Assembly (NCBI RefSeq): GCF_009914755.1
Contig: NC_060926.1
Strand: one strand, 5' to 3'
Length of the DNA stretch: 64,000 nucleotides
From: the human T2T-CHM13v2.0 reference genome, Homo sapiens
Shown here piece by piece: positions 1 to 12,800 of the stretch (the first letter of the stretch is position 1; every line of letters begins with the position of its first letter). The notes below the pieces were generated by a model. That model searched no databases, had not been told where the DNA came from, and saw only the letters and a program-made list of their open reading frames with translations. The translations under genes were made by a program, and so were the position numbers.

Positions 1-204
1 CCCTTGCGAAGCTCCAGTCGGACGGAGGCAGAGGTGTGCTTTTGTCCTGGAAGTGGGAGAAGGCTTCGTGATGGATCTGACAGAAAAGGAGAGCCACAGG
101 CTCCATTTCAAGGGAACAAATATTCAGAAAAACTACTTAAAATTCAAAAGTTTGGGAATAAATTCCCTTAAAAGTATCTATGCCTGTATACATCAAGGAA
201 CGTC

Positions 205-380
205 TGGAGGTCATCTTGGTTTTACATTCAAATATCTCAGAGTTATTAAAGAATACCAGTGCCTAGGTTCCACCCCTAAGGACAACAGTTTCCCCGTTTG
301 GGGTGGGGCCAGCATATGAATATTTTTAAAATGCTCCCCAGTTGATTTTAATGTACTTCTGGGGCTGAGAACCCCACTGC
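205..380. mobile_element. MER5B-like hAT-Charlie DNA transposon remnant
   Basis: ggggtggggcc...atttttaaaatgctccccagttgattttaatgtac...ctgagaaccccactg resembles the MER5B body and terminal repeat. Confidence 0.65.
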
Positions 381-1264
381 AGAGTCTAAGCTCTGTGAGG
401 TCAAGGACCTGGCTCTGTGGTTCAAATGTGCATCTTTGCTGACTCACACTGTCTCTTTTGGGTAAGGAATGGGGAATCAAATTCTGAGGATCAGGAAACA
501 GGCATGTGCCAGGGATTCACACCTAAGGATCGAGAGGCTCATGGCCAGGTAAGTGGTCAGGACTCCAGGAAGCCCAGGAGGTCAACAAGTCAAGTAGGAG
601 GAGAGACACCCGTGCTTGCAGCAGGACAGGAGCCTGAGGCGTCCTGGACACAAGGCCTTTGCTGTCCAAGGCCTTCCCAGGGGCCAGGCCAGCCAAGTAG
701 GCTTGACCTGCCAAGAGCAGGCTGAGAAGTTGGTTGAGTCCAAGGATAAGAAAGAAACTAGTTTCACTAGTGGAAGCGGTTCTCAGAAATTGCTAGGTAG
801 GAAACTACCTTTTCATCTCTTGGTCCTAAGAAGAGTCTTTATTCTGGGATGTAAGAAGTTTGTTACTGGTGATGTCAACTTTAGGTTTGAGATTTTCTGA
901 GCTTTCAAACATTCTGTCCGACTGCCCCCACAGAACACTTTCATTGAACGAATTAATCAAAAGCTTGTCTCCTCTGGCCTGATGCTGGGCTGGGCCTCTC
1001 CCACGGGGTCGTATGCAGCAGGGATCTCCTCCACGGAGGTGCTTCTCCTTGCTGCAGGGGACCCAGGCACGACAGTGCTCTGATGCAAGGCAGGCCACGT
1101 GCCTGGATCCATCCTCCTTGTCGTGTCTCCACTCTCTCCATCGTCAGATGGAATCTACAACCGTCATGCTCATCACTTCCCCACAAAAACCCAACTTCTT
1201 CTCTGGCCTTTCACTGAACACATCACTTTATAATATTAAATTGTGAATCCATTATTTATTTATT

Positions 1265-1410
1265 CATTTATTATTAAACGTCTCTCCAGCTAAAATTCTA
1301 GCATCACAGGGCAAAGGATTGGTTCTGTTCATTGCCTGAACTGAACACCTACCTAAGAGAGTGTGAGGTATGTAATAGGTGTGCACATGTTCCTGGAAGG
1401 AAGGAAGGGA
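1265..1410 (+). mobile_element. L2 LINE 3' end, degraded
   Basis: ttctgttcattgc...aacacctacc...taataggtgtgcac followed by a ggaa-type tail resembles the L2 3' terminus. Confidence 0.45.
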
Positions 1411-1423
1411 GGCAAGAATGGAG

Positions 1424-1578
1424 GGAGGAGGGAACCTTTCTCTTGCGTATAGGCAGGGAGAGGGCTGCTTGGCACTGTGGGTGCCACGTTGCCATTGCTG
1501 GGTGGAGGAGGGAATCTATCTTGGGAAGAGGCAGGGAGACGCTTGCCTGGCACTGTGGGTGCCATATTGCCATTGCTG
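1424..1578. repeat. Two-copy tandem duplication, unit about 79 bp
   Basis: ggaggagggaa...aggcagggag...tggcactgtgggtgcca..ttgccattgctg occurs at about 1424-1500 and 1504-1578. Confidence 0.85.
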
Positions 1579-1824
1579 TGTGCTGAGCCTCATGCCCCAG
1601 GTATCTCTGTGTTGAGTTTCCTATTTAGAACTAGCAGAACTGCATTGTGGGAATTTGTGGGAATCTTCTGTTTTCTTAAGGGCTCCTTGCTCATCCTGGG
1701 GTCAGGTGCACGTACAGTGCAGCTTTTTTGGCAGGGTGGGAAATGCTGAGGGTAGGCAGGGTCCTTACTGACCTCCTGAGGTGAAACTTCCAATGTCTAA
1801 AGACTCCTTCCTTCCTGCAGTCAC

Positions 1825-2460
1825 TTTTTAAAATCAATATGTAATAACTGTACATATTTATAGACTACATGTCTATAGATATTTTGATAAATCCATACAA
1901 TGTGTAACCATGAAATAAGAGTATTTAGGATATCCATCACCTCAAACATTTATCATTACCATGTGTTGGAAGCATTCCAAATCTCTTCTAGCTATCCTGA
2001 AATACACAATAAATTACTGTTAACACTAGTCACCCAATGGCACTATTGAACATTAGAGTTTATTCCTCCCATCTAATGTACTTTTGTACCCATTAACCTG
2101 CCTCCTTTCTTCGCTTCTCCCCGCAACCTTCCCAGCCCCTGGGAACCACTATTCTTCTCTCTACCTCCCTGGACTCACTTCTTTAGCTTCTGCACATTAG
2201 TGGGAAACTGTTGTATGTAACCTTCTGCGCCTGACTTACTTCACTTAACGTAGAACCCCCAGGCTCATTCATGTAGCCACAAATGACAAGATCTCACTAC
2301 TTTTCATGGCTGAATAGCACTCCGCTGCGTATATGTGCCACATTTTCATCACCCCTTCATCTGTTGATGGACACCTAGGTTGATTCCATATCTTGGCTAT
2401 TGTGCATATTGCTGCGATGAACATGGGGTGCAGGAATCCTTAAATAAGCTGGTTTCCTGC
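1825..2460 (-). mobile_element. L1MA-family LINE-1 3' end
   Basis: gatatccatcacctcaaacatttatcat, ttttcatggctgaatagcactcc and gatggacacctaggttgattccatatcttggctattgtg are the antisense L1 3' UTR/ORF2 end. Confidence 0.9.
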
Positions 2461-3584
2461 AGATGCTTTGCTGCCCTGCTCATTCACCAGTTCCCCACCT
2501 ATCCCTGTCTTCCTCTCCCCAGCACATCCTAAGCAGCTTGAGCAGGCCGGACATGGGGAGAATCAGCCATGTGACTCATTGCTGTCATTTAGCTAATGCT
2601 GTATGCTATAACTACTGTGTGGCAGAGATTTTTTATGTTTGTTACCATCAGGTTCTCGATACCCACAATGAAGCCTGGCTTCAGAAAGACACCTTGCAAA
2701 GGCTTAGAGGAAGAACGGGTTGCAAAAGTTAGCAGACTAATGATGCAGCATTAGGTGTTCCATTGTTTAAGGAGCTGCCTCCATTTCACTTGTTACCATC
2801 CCCAGGAACTGGCATGTGCGTGTAATGACTCCTGTAGTTGAGGGAGTGGCATACATCTGGAACCCCTACAGTAAAGGGTATGAGACCCTTGGCACTGGTG
2901 ACTGGCTTCATTCACATTATCTTGTGCCCAGAAACAGTTATGTCTGTGGAGTTTGCATTTGCCCGTGCAAAGAGGCTGCCCTTTCAGGTTATAAAATAAT
3001 TAAAAACTCTTTGGCACCCTAAGGAAGGGATTACTGGGGCTTTGTTATGGGTTGTAAGAAACCCAATCAGAGCAGCAACTGGTGCTGGCATCAGGACACA
3101 GGGGCTCAGTCCTCGGCACCATGTTGTCCCAGGGAAGCTTTTGGTGTTGGGCATTCTCTGACGACCTGAGGGCTGCCTCAGCACTGCCACATTCACTTTC
3201 CGCGTATTTTGACTTCTTTGATTTTCCACCTATTGCATATTTTTTTGAGTGAACTCTGAGGATAGGTAAGGACACAATTATCTAGTACTAATATTCAGTA
3301 GAAAAATCACACTTGTTCCATGACACAAGGCACCCAGGTGACACTCCCTTGGTTACTTGGGAACAAATTTCTGAAAAATAATTTTTCAAATGAATCAAAT
3401 ATAAAACACATGATTGAACGTTTTCCTAGATAACAGCCTCTCTTGGAATCAGTGTGGGGCTTAGTAGGCCTCTCCAGCAACTGTGGAATGAAAGTGCCGG
3501 GCACGCTGTGTTTCTGACACAGTTTGAATGAACGTCCCATGAAGTCCTGCCTGTGAGGTTAAGCGCCTCTGTATGCACCAATTC

Positions 3585-3944
3585 TGATATGGTTTAGCTG
3601 TATCCCCACCCAAATCTTGTCTTGAATTGTAGATCCCATAATTCCCTCGTTTGGAGGGACCTGGTGAGAGATAGTTGAATCATGGGGGTCGTTTCCCCCT
3701 TACTGTTCTCGTGGTAGTGAGTAATTCTCACAAGCTCTGATGGTTTTATAACGGGAAACCCCTTTTGCTTGGCTCTCATTCTCTTCTCTTGTCTGCCACC
3801 ATGTGAGATGTGCCTTTCTCCTTCCGCCATGATTGTGAGGCCTCCCCAGCAATGTGGAACTCTGAGTCCACTAAACCTCTTTCTTTTGTAGATTGTCCAG
3901 TCTCAGATATGTCCTTAGCAGCAGCATGAAAACAGACTAATACA
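3585..3944 (+). mobile_element. THE1-family (ERVL-MaLR) solo LTR
   Basis: Starts tgatatggtttagctgtatccccacccaaatc, ends agactaataca; perfect 5-bp TSD AATTC (3580-3584 / 3945-3949). Confidence 0.95.
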
Positions 3945-4117
3945 AATTCTAAAAGCCAAGGCAGTACACGATTATGTTTTCAAACTAATAATTGCATCTG
4001 GAAGGGATTTCCTTGTTATTTTTAAAACTGAGAGGATATTTTTATACCCAACATCCAGAACACTGGACCAAGGGTTAAACATTGTATTTCATGCTGAACC
4101 TCAACAGTCAATCATCA

Positions 4118-4700
4118 TTTTAACAGCTTTCATGAAATAAAATGCACATACTTTACAATTCACTCATTTAAAGTGTCTAATTCAGTGTCTTTCAGTATTT
4201 TTATTAAGTTTTAAATGTATCATAAAATATATGTAACAAAATTTTCCATTCACCTATTTCTGTTGCATTAATTACATTCACAATATTATGCAGCCACCGC
4301 CACTGTCTAGTTTCAAACTTTTTTTATCATCCCAAACAAAAATCCTCCATTCATTAAACAATTCCCCGTTTCCTCCTCTCCTCAACCACCTCATAACCTC
4401 TGATGTGTTTTCTGTTTCTGTGACTTGACCTATTCTGGATATTTCACATAAGTGTGATCTACAATGTTTGTCTCCTTGTAACTGGTTTATTTCACTTGGC
4501 ATAATGTCCTCAAGCTTCACCCATGTGGTAGCGTGTGTCAGAACTTCATTCCTTTTCATGGCTGAATAATATTCCATTGCATGGATAGACCATGTTTTGC
4601 TGATCCATTCATCTGCTGATGGACTCTTGGCTTCTTCTGCCTTTTGGCTACTGTGTGTAATGAATTGCAGTGAACATTGGTGTGCAAGCATCTGATTCAG
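4118..4700 (-). mobile_element. L1MB-like LINE-1 3' end
   Basis: ORF 4278-4691(-) reads DEWISKTWSIHAMEYYSAMKRNEVLTHATTW, like the L1 ORF2 C-terminus; old L1 3' UTR lies to its left. Confidence 0.88.
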
Positions 4701-5249
4701 CCTTAATTTTTAAGGTCAGTAGTAATTAATACAAGAATAATAATCAAGGCTGCCCAATTTCAGGAGGACTGTCCCCTTCAGTTTGCTCCTCATTCTGTTG
4801 GCCCCTTCCATATCCTGGCAGTAGGACAGACACAATTTTCATGCTCTCTGCTGAATATGCCCATCACCCCAGAATGCTTATCAACCAGTCAGCATCAGAT
4901 GCAAGAGGAAACTTATTTGCAAGATTAGAGAAGTCACAAAAATACAGAAGGGGCACCCAATCATGGTCTCCCTGAAAGTTTCCTCAGAGAAAACTATTTT
5001 CTACCTGTCACTGCCTATAACTAGATAGATCCTAACTTCAGTTTCCAAATGTCCTGGTTAGCTCTTTCTCACATATAACATAATAATGGCTTTGGGGGAA
5101 TCTCTTAGATGGTTGCAGTATGCTGTGTCGTTCTTGATGTACAATACCAAGAGTTCACTAAATCATTGACTTCCAAACCACATCACCACTGGACCGGCTC
5201 TTAAAACGTATAGCTGCCCAGAGATCATGATGAGGTAGCACCCAGGAAT

Positions 5250-5385
5250 CTGTATATATATATGTAGTGTTATCTATGATTATAATTATGTTGTATGTTA
5301 TATAATTGTATACTTGCATATAATTATAAGTATGTGATATATGGTATATATTATATATAAATATGAATGTTACAGATAAATTTTA
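5250..5385. repeat. AT-rich, (TA)n-like low-complexity tract
   Basis: tatatatatatgtagtg...tatattatatataaatatg. Confidence 0.7.
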
Positions 5386-5984
5386 AATTCCTAATCTGCA
5401 AGGCAGCAGGAACCTGTTCCAAAGAACCACGGCCTTTTACCAGTGAGAAGTCCACTGGAGGTGGTTGCAGTGGGATGAGACTTTAGCGAGGAAATTCTAT
5501 GACAGTCTCCTCTCTGTCCCATGTTTCAGATTGGTTATTAAGCAAGTGGCTCCTCAGTGCATACTTGGCACATTCATTCTCTGGTTCCAGTGCAGTTTAT
5601 TCAAGTGAACTCTGATTGACAGGCTTTAGGTGCACAGCCCAGTGAGGAGCTTGGGAGGAGCACAGAGCTCAGTCTGTCATCATCTCTCCTCTCCAGTAAT
5701 GTGCACCCATGACAGGCAGTGGCAGACATCTCCTGTCAGTCATCTGACACCAGGGCTGTTGTCAGAAAAGCAAAGGAGCTGTTTAGAGACACTGGCAGCC
5801 ATGGTTCCTGGAGGTGGAAGGTAGTTCCATGGATAACTAAGGGTAGTGGAATGTGACTCTGGAATCAGATGCCTCCAGGCGTCTAGTTGGCTATTGCCAG
5901 TTTCTCTTAGAATCAAAGACTGTGTTTAGGGGGACAGAAAAATAAGAAAACTTCTGGAAATTACCACTGGAAAAAGTACCAGAG

Positions 5985-6205
5985 TTAAGGCTAGAAGTTC
6001 TAGATTTAAATTAAATTTCTGATGCAAATTAGCTCTTCCAACTTATCTTCCTGTGTTGATTCTGACTCTCAGACTGCCTTTTAATCTCTTAGAGCCTCAG
6101 TTTCTCTCACTTGTAAAATGGGCATAATTTTATCTGCCTCACACCAGGTACAAGGACATGGTAAAAACCAGAGGGATAAACTTAGCAGAAGTGTTTGTAA
6201 ATGTA
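5985..6205 (+). mobile_element. MIR SINE
   Basis: MIR core cttagagcctcagtttctctcacttgtaaaatgggcataat. Confidence 0.7.
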
Positions 6206-6879
6206 AGACGAGGGGTTGTTTGTATCGCCGATTGCCATGAGTGCTGTGTTTTGAGGACAGCACAGAGGGGGGCATGTATATTAATCTCCTCTTCAATTAT
6301 TTTTAAGTGTATGGATGCCCATTTCCAGATACTTGTTCAGCAACCCTCAAACCAGATGCACGTCTGTCTTTGGGTCAGTAATCTGTACCCTGAATCGGCA
6401 ATCAGAGCGTCACGACAGAACTGTGTATCAACACCACTAGTCTATTTTTCCTGTTCATCAAAGTTCCTCATTAACGTGAGTATCTGCCCTCTCCAGGGCA
6501 ACTGTGTAAGTAGTTTTTGGGTTTGGTGGCCTTTGTAAGCCAATTTTTATGTGGCCATTATAGGCCTTTTTGTGATGTCCATTAGACCCTTCTAGAACTC
6601 ATTTGTACAAGATTTAAACTATACCATGATGCTTATTTTCTTTTTTGGCGTAGATGTATTTTTTAAATATTTTTGAGTTCAACAAAACTTGTTCACACTT
6701 CTCACTTGGTCGTAAACTCCCTTGAAAATTGTCTTACTTGCTTGCATCTCTTGCTTTCCCTAGTAGACCAGCTCATTAGAGTTAGGGGATTTTTGTTGAT
6801 TGATTCGTTCCACACGTTTTTATTCCAGACCCTGCGAACAGGGCAAGAGAGGTCTTGCTATTGAAGCCAAAGGCAGTGC

Positions 6880-7370
6880 CATCAGCTGTGAGGACAAAAA
6901 GTGGAGAAATGGGGTGGATAGTGACTCTTGGTAGGGGAGGGAGTTATTTTAATTTGGGTGGCTAAGGAAGGCCTCTCTGAGATGATATCAGCCTTGAATA
7001 ATGTGAAGGAGCCAGCCCGCACCTGTGGATGCGATAGGGAACAGTAGGTAGTGGAAGCAGCAGAAACATGTTTGGTGGTTTGAAGAACAGAGCAATGAGT
7101 GATGGGGCCAGGGCCAGGTCGTGTAGGACTCTGTAGGTTCCAGCAAGTCCTCGACATCTTGGTCTAGAGGCAACGTGAAGACACTGGGAGATTTAGACGA
7201 GTGATTGACATAATGCAATCTATGTCCCCAGAGAGTGAAAGAGTTGGGGCCGTGTCTGAATGAGAGATGATGGGGCCTTGAAAGGGTGACAATGGAGAAG
7301 TAATTGATGGTCAGGACGTGTCTGGGAGGCAGAGCTGTGGGGCTTGTTGATGCATTGGATAAAAGAGATG
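6880..7370 (-). mobile_element. L2 LINE fragment
   Basis: gggtggctaaggaaggcctctctgagatgatatc...gaaggagccagcc...gggcttgttgatgcattggat is typical antisense L2. Confidence 0.75.
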
Positions 7371-7410
7371 TGCAATATTTCTTTGTATTGCACAGTAATT
7401 GGTGATTAAT

Positions 7411-7912
7411 TGTCCTAGTCTGTTCCTGATGCTATAACAAAATACCTGAGACTAAGTAATTTATAAAAACAGACATTTATTCTTTTCATTTCTGGAGGCT
7501 GGGAACTCTACAATCGAAGTGCTGGCAGGTTATGTGTCTGGCAGGGACTGCCCTCTGCTTCCAGGTTGGTGCCTTGTTGCTGCGTCTTCTCATAACAGAA
7601 GGGGTGAACACTGCATCCTTGCATGGCGGAAGGCAGAAGGTTAAGAGCACCTAGTCGGTCCCCTCCAGCTATTTTATGAGGTACTAATCCCAGCCTGGCT
7701 GCAGAAAGCTCACATGGCAGAGAGAGACAGAGGAATGGAGTTCTGGTAGTGTCTCCTTATAAGGGCGCTAATCTCCTCCTGGGAGCCACCCCTCATGGCC
7801 TCATCTCAACCTAATTGCCTCCCACAGGCTGCACCTCCTAATACCATCACATTGGGGTTGGGGGTTAGAGCGTCAGCATAAGAGTTCTGGGGAACACACT
7901 GCAGTTCATAGC
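7411..7912 (-). mobile_element. MaLR LTR, apparent MST(C/D)/MLT1 composite
   Basis: Starts tgtcctagtctgttcctgatgctataacaaaatacctgagact, ends gggaacacactgcagttcatagc; the internal segment is present twice in two subfamily styles. Confidence 0.8.
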
Positions 7913-9260
7913 CAGTGCTTCGTCACTGCAGCCCTAGGAAATAAGCACACTGGTCAAGCAGAAGAACAGCTGGGAAGTGGCCTTCACCTCCACCTGCAGC
8001 TGCATCTCGTTGCAGAACCTAAGCTGTATCCAGGAACTGAGCCATCAGAGGGCCCGGGAAATTTAGATTTTAGTCTTAGAACTCCTGAAGTAGTGGCGGT
8101 GGGGTGGGGTGGGGGAAGACAGTGGGGAGTGATGAGTGAGTGCAAGAGGTACGCCTGAATGCTGAGAGCCCAGTAGACAAGAGTCATCCAGCAAAACCCC
8201 ACAGAACCACATGAGTACTAACTCAGCTAAGACGTGGGGAAGCTCCTGAAGGACATCATGTACCATGCACACTGTTTCAGTTTATTGCAGGACACAGTTG
8301 GTCTGTTGCGTTGGGACGTTATCTAGGCACATGTTCAGGCATCTGCACTTTTAATATATTAAACATTTTGATTTAAAGTTATTTTTGAAAACAGTTTTGT
8401 GTGTGTAAACATAAACTCGAAAAATAAAGCGAAAACATTTTCCTAGTTAGTGAGCATATAAAGAATCAGTCATTCTTAAGAGGTGAAGATGCATGAGGGT
8501 TTTCTGGGTTCTATGTGAGATTTTAGTTTCTGAATAGGAACAACCGGCTAAAGTCATTATTATAACTTGGAAAAATATGTCAGGAAGCCTGCAACCACTG
8601 CTGGTCAACCAGCTGTTTGGGCTGAAGTTAAAAAGTTACTTTAGGTTGCTCAGAGGTGAGGGAATTATGGCATTGCAGAGTCAGATCATAGGGGGCATTA
8701 AGCCAGGGAGAGGCATTTGGAAATGTGCCAGTATGAGGAACGTTTGAGGATCTCACTTGGCTGCTGTAGCCTTGACCGCTTCACCTGTGCAAAATACTGA
8801 GCAGGTCTGGAGCTGAGACTGTGGGCGGTAGATACCTCTACCCCGAGGCTGGCTGCGCTCTGATTATAACAGCCCCACAGAGGTTGCAATCAAGTGCAAG
8901 GATGTCCAGGTGGACTGCGATGGGCTCTTTCCATTTGGAGTCAGTGTTTCCCTGACTGTGAAGAAGCTCCTTGCCATGCGCGGCTCTTCAGACCACCTGG
9001 AAGTTAAGGAGCCTCACTCAAGCAGTTAGTCCTTCCTCCCCTGCCCTCAGCCAGATGCTCAGCAAGGAGGCCTGGATGTGGCGGCTCCTTCTCACCCACA
9101 ACAGGGCAGGGAGGACACAGGGAAGAGAAATGACTTACTTTCTAGAGACATGGAGAAAAAAGGAGGGCTTCCTCCTGCTGCTGCGTGTCTGCTCCCCAAA
9201 GGCAAAACTTTTGGAGTTTGGAAGGTTTAAACATGGGGGAGATGTCATCTTCAATATGTT

Positions 9261-9731
9261 TGTATTAGTAGGGGTTCTCCAGAGAAATTGAACCGGTGGG
9301 AGATAACACACGCACACACACACACACACACACAGTGGGAGTTAGCACATGTGATTATGGAGCTGAGAAGTCCCACTATCTGCTGTGTGCAAGGTGCAGA
9401 CCCAGGAGAGTTGCTGGTGTGACTCAGTCTGGGTCCAAAGACCTGAGAACTGGGGGAGTGGATGGTGTAAATCCTCATCCACAGGCAGGAGAAGACCCAG
9501 GTTCCAGCTCAATAGGCAGGCAGGAGGAGCCAGGATTCTCCCTTCCTCTGCATTTTGTTTAGGCCCTCAGCAGATTAAATGATGCCCACTTGTGCTGGGA
9601 GGGAACTTTCTTTACTGAGTCCACGAATTCAAATGCTAACCTCTTCCAGAAACACCCTCTCAGACACACTCAGAAATGTTTACTACAGGCTCCCATGATC
9701 CAGCCAAGCTGGCACATGAAATTGAGCATCA
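9261..9731 (-). mobile_element. MLT2 (C/D-like) ERVL solo LTR with internal (CA)n
   Basis: tgtattagtaggggttctccagagaaa...atggagctgagaagtccca...ctcttccagaaacaccctctcagacacac...cacatgaaattgagcatca; (CA)n at about 9306-9333. Confidence 0.88.
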
Positions 9732-9876
9732 TGCTGTTTCAGGCATAAAGTGAAATTATGGAACAAAAATAATTGTCCAGGGGTCTACACTGTGAGTTTA
9801 TTTCATTCCCAGGATTAATGATTAAGACCACATGTGAACAGAGCTGCCCAACTCAGAACACATCTTCATGTTCCAC

Positions 9877-12800
9877 TGTATTAGTCTGTTCTCACACTGC
9901 TAATAAAGACATACCCAAGACTGGATAATGTATAAAGGAAAGAGGGTTAATTGACTCACAGTTCCACATTGCTGGGGAGGCTTCACAATCATGGCAGAGG
10001 GCAAATGAGGAGCAAAGTGATGTCTTGCATGGTGGCAGGCAAGAGAGCTTTTGCAGGGGAACTCCTCTTTATAAAGCCATCAGATCTCATGAGACTTATT
10101 CACTACCATGAGAAAAGTAGGGAAGAAACTGCCCCATGATTCAATTATCTCCCCCTGGCCCTGCCCTTGACATGTGGGGATTATTACAATTCAAGTTGAG
10201 ATTTTGGTGGAGACACAGCAAAACTGTATCATTCTGCCTCTGGCCCCTCCCAAATCTCATGTCCTCACATTTCAAAACCAATCATGCCTTCCCAACAGTC
10301 CCCCAAAATCTTATTTCAGCATTAACTCAAAAGTCCAAGTCCAAAGTCTCATCTGAGACAAGGCAAGTCCCTTCCACCTGTGAGTCTGTAAAATCAAAAG
10401 CAAGTTAGTTGCTTCCTAGATACAATGAAGGTACAGGCAATGGGTAAATACAGCTATTCCAAATGGGAGAAATTGGCCAAAATGAAGGGGCTACAGGCCC
10501 CATGCAAGTCTGAAATCCAGCAGTCAAATCTTAAGGATCCAAAATGATCTCCTTTGACTCCATGTCTCATATCCAGGTCATGCTGATGCAAGAGGTAGGT
10601 TTCCATGGTATTGGGCATTTATACCCCTGTGGCTTTGCTTGGTACAGCCCCACTCCTGGATGCTTTCATGGGCTGGTGTTGTATCTGCAGCTTTTCCAGG
10701 TGCAGGGTGCAAGCTGTCAGTGGATCTGACATTCTGGGATCTGTATCAGGGGAACCAGCCCCCAATATTTCAACGTAGGTTCTTTTCTATTTTCCCTAAG
10801 TGTCAGCCAGTCTGAGAAATGAAGAGAAAGAGTACAAAAGAGAGAAATTTTACAGCTGGGCCTCTAGGGGTGACATCACCTATTGGTAGGTTCTGTGGTG
10901 CCCCCTGAACCGCAAAACCCGCAAGTTTTTATTAGGGATTTCAAAAGGGGAGGGGGGTACGAACAGGGAGTAAGTCACAAAGATCACATGCTTCAAAGGG
11001 CAATAAAAGATCACAAGGGCAGAAGGGCAGAGCAAGATCACAAGGCCAGGGCAAAATTAGAATTACTGATCAGGTTACATGTCCCGCTGGGCATGTATTG
11101 TCTTGACAAACATCTTAACAGGAAACAGGGTCCGAGAGTAGACAATTGGTCTGACTAGAATTCGCCAGGCTGGAATTTCCCAATCCTAGTAAGCCTGAGG
11201 GCACTGCAGGATACCAGGGCATATTTCATCCCTTATCTTCAACTGCATAAGACAGACACTCCCAGAGTGGCTGTCCATAGATCCACCCCTGGGAATGCAT
11301 TCCTTTCCCAGGGTTATTCCTTGCTGGGAAAAGAATTCAGTGATATTTCTCCTATTTGCTTTCTGCAATAAGAAAAATATGACTCTGTTCTGCCTGGCCC
11401 CACAGGCAGTCAGACCTTATGGTTATCTCCCTTGTTCCCCGAAAATTGCTGTTATCCTGTTGCTTTTCAGGGTGCCCAGATTTCATATCGTTCAAACACA
11501 CATGTTTTACAAACAATTTGTACAAATAGTGCAATCATCACAGGGTCCTGAAGTTATATACATCCTCAGTTTATGAAGACAATGGGATTAAGAGATTAAA
11601 GACAGGCATAGGAAATTATAAGAGTATTGATTGAGGAAGTGATAAGTGTCCATGAAATCTTCACAATTTATGTTCTTCTGCCGCAGCTTCAGTCGGTCCC
11701 TCCGTTCAGGGTCCCTGACTTCCCGCAACAGATCTGGAGGATGGTGGCCTTCTTTTCACAGCTCCACTATGTAGTGCCCTAGTGGGGACTCTGTGTGTGG
11801 GTCTCTCACCTCACATTTTCCTTCTGCACTGCTCTAGCAGAGGTTCTCCATGAGGGCTCTGCCCCTGCAGCAACCTTTGTCTGGACAACCAGCATTTCCA
11901 TACATCTTCTGAAATCTAGGCAGAGGTTCCCAAACCTCAATTCTTGACTTCTATGCACCCAAAGGCTCAACACCACATGGAAGCTGCCAAGGCTTGGGTC
12001 TTGCACCCTCTGAAGCAATGGCCTGAGCTCTACCTTGGCCTATTTTAGCCACAGCTGGGATGTAGGGCACCAATTCCCTAGACTGCACAAAGCAGCAAGG
12101 CCCTGGGCCAGGCCCACAAAACCATTTTTTCCTTCTGGGCCTCTGGGCCTGTGGTGGAGGGGCTGCCCTGGAAATCCCTGACTTGCCCTGGAGACATTTT
12201 CCCCATTGTCTTGGTGATTAACATTTGGCTCCTTGCTACCTATGCAAATTTCTTTAGCCAGCTTGAATTTCTCCTCAGAAAGTGGTTTTTCTTTTCTATT
12301 GCCTCATCAGGCTACAAATTTTCCAAACTTTTGTGCTCTGCTTTTCCTTGAAACATAAGTTCTAATTCCAAACCATATCTTTGTGAATACATAAAATCGA
12401 ATGCTTTTAACACACCCAGGTGACCTCTTGAATGCTTTGCTGCTTAGAAATGTCTTCCATCGGATGCCCTAAATTATCTCTCTCAAGTTCAAAGTTCCAC
12501 AAATCTCTAGGGCTGGGGCAAAATGCCACCAGTCTCTCTGCTAAAATATAGAAAGAGTCACCTTTGCTCCAATTTTCAATAAGTTCCTCATTTCCATCTG
12601 AGACCACCTCAGCCTGGACTTTAATATCCATATCACTATCAGCATTTTGGTCAAAGCCATTCAACTGGTCTCCAGGGAGTTCCAAAGTTTCCCAAATCTT
12701 CCTGCCTTCTTCTGAGTCCTCCAAACTGTATCAACCTCTGCCTGCTATCCAAAGTTGCTTCCACATTTTCATGTATCTTTAGAGCAGCACCCCACTAACT

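Noticed and set aside
4278-4691. 137-aa ORF as a host gene
   Set aside because: Decayed L1 ORF2 C-terminus running into the 3' UTR
12407-12724. 105-aa acidic ORF as a novel protein
   Set aside because: Fragment of the standard THE1 internal MaLR ORF, disrupted on both sides
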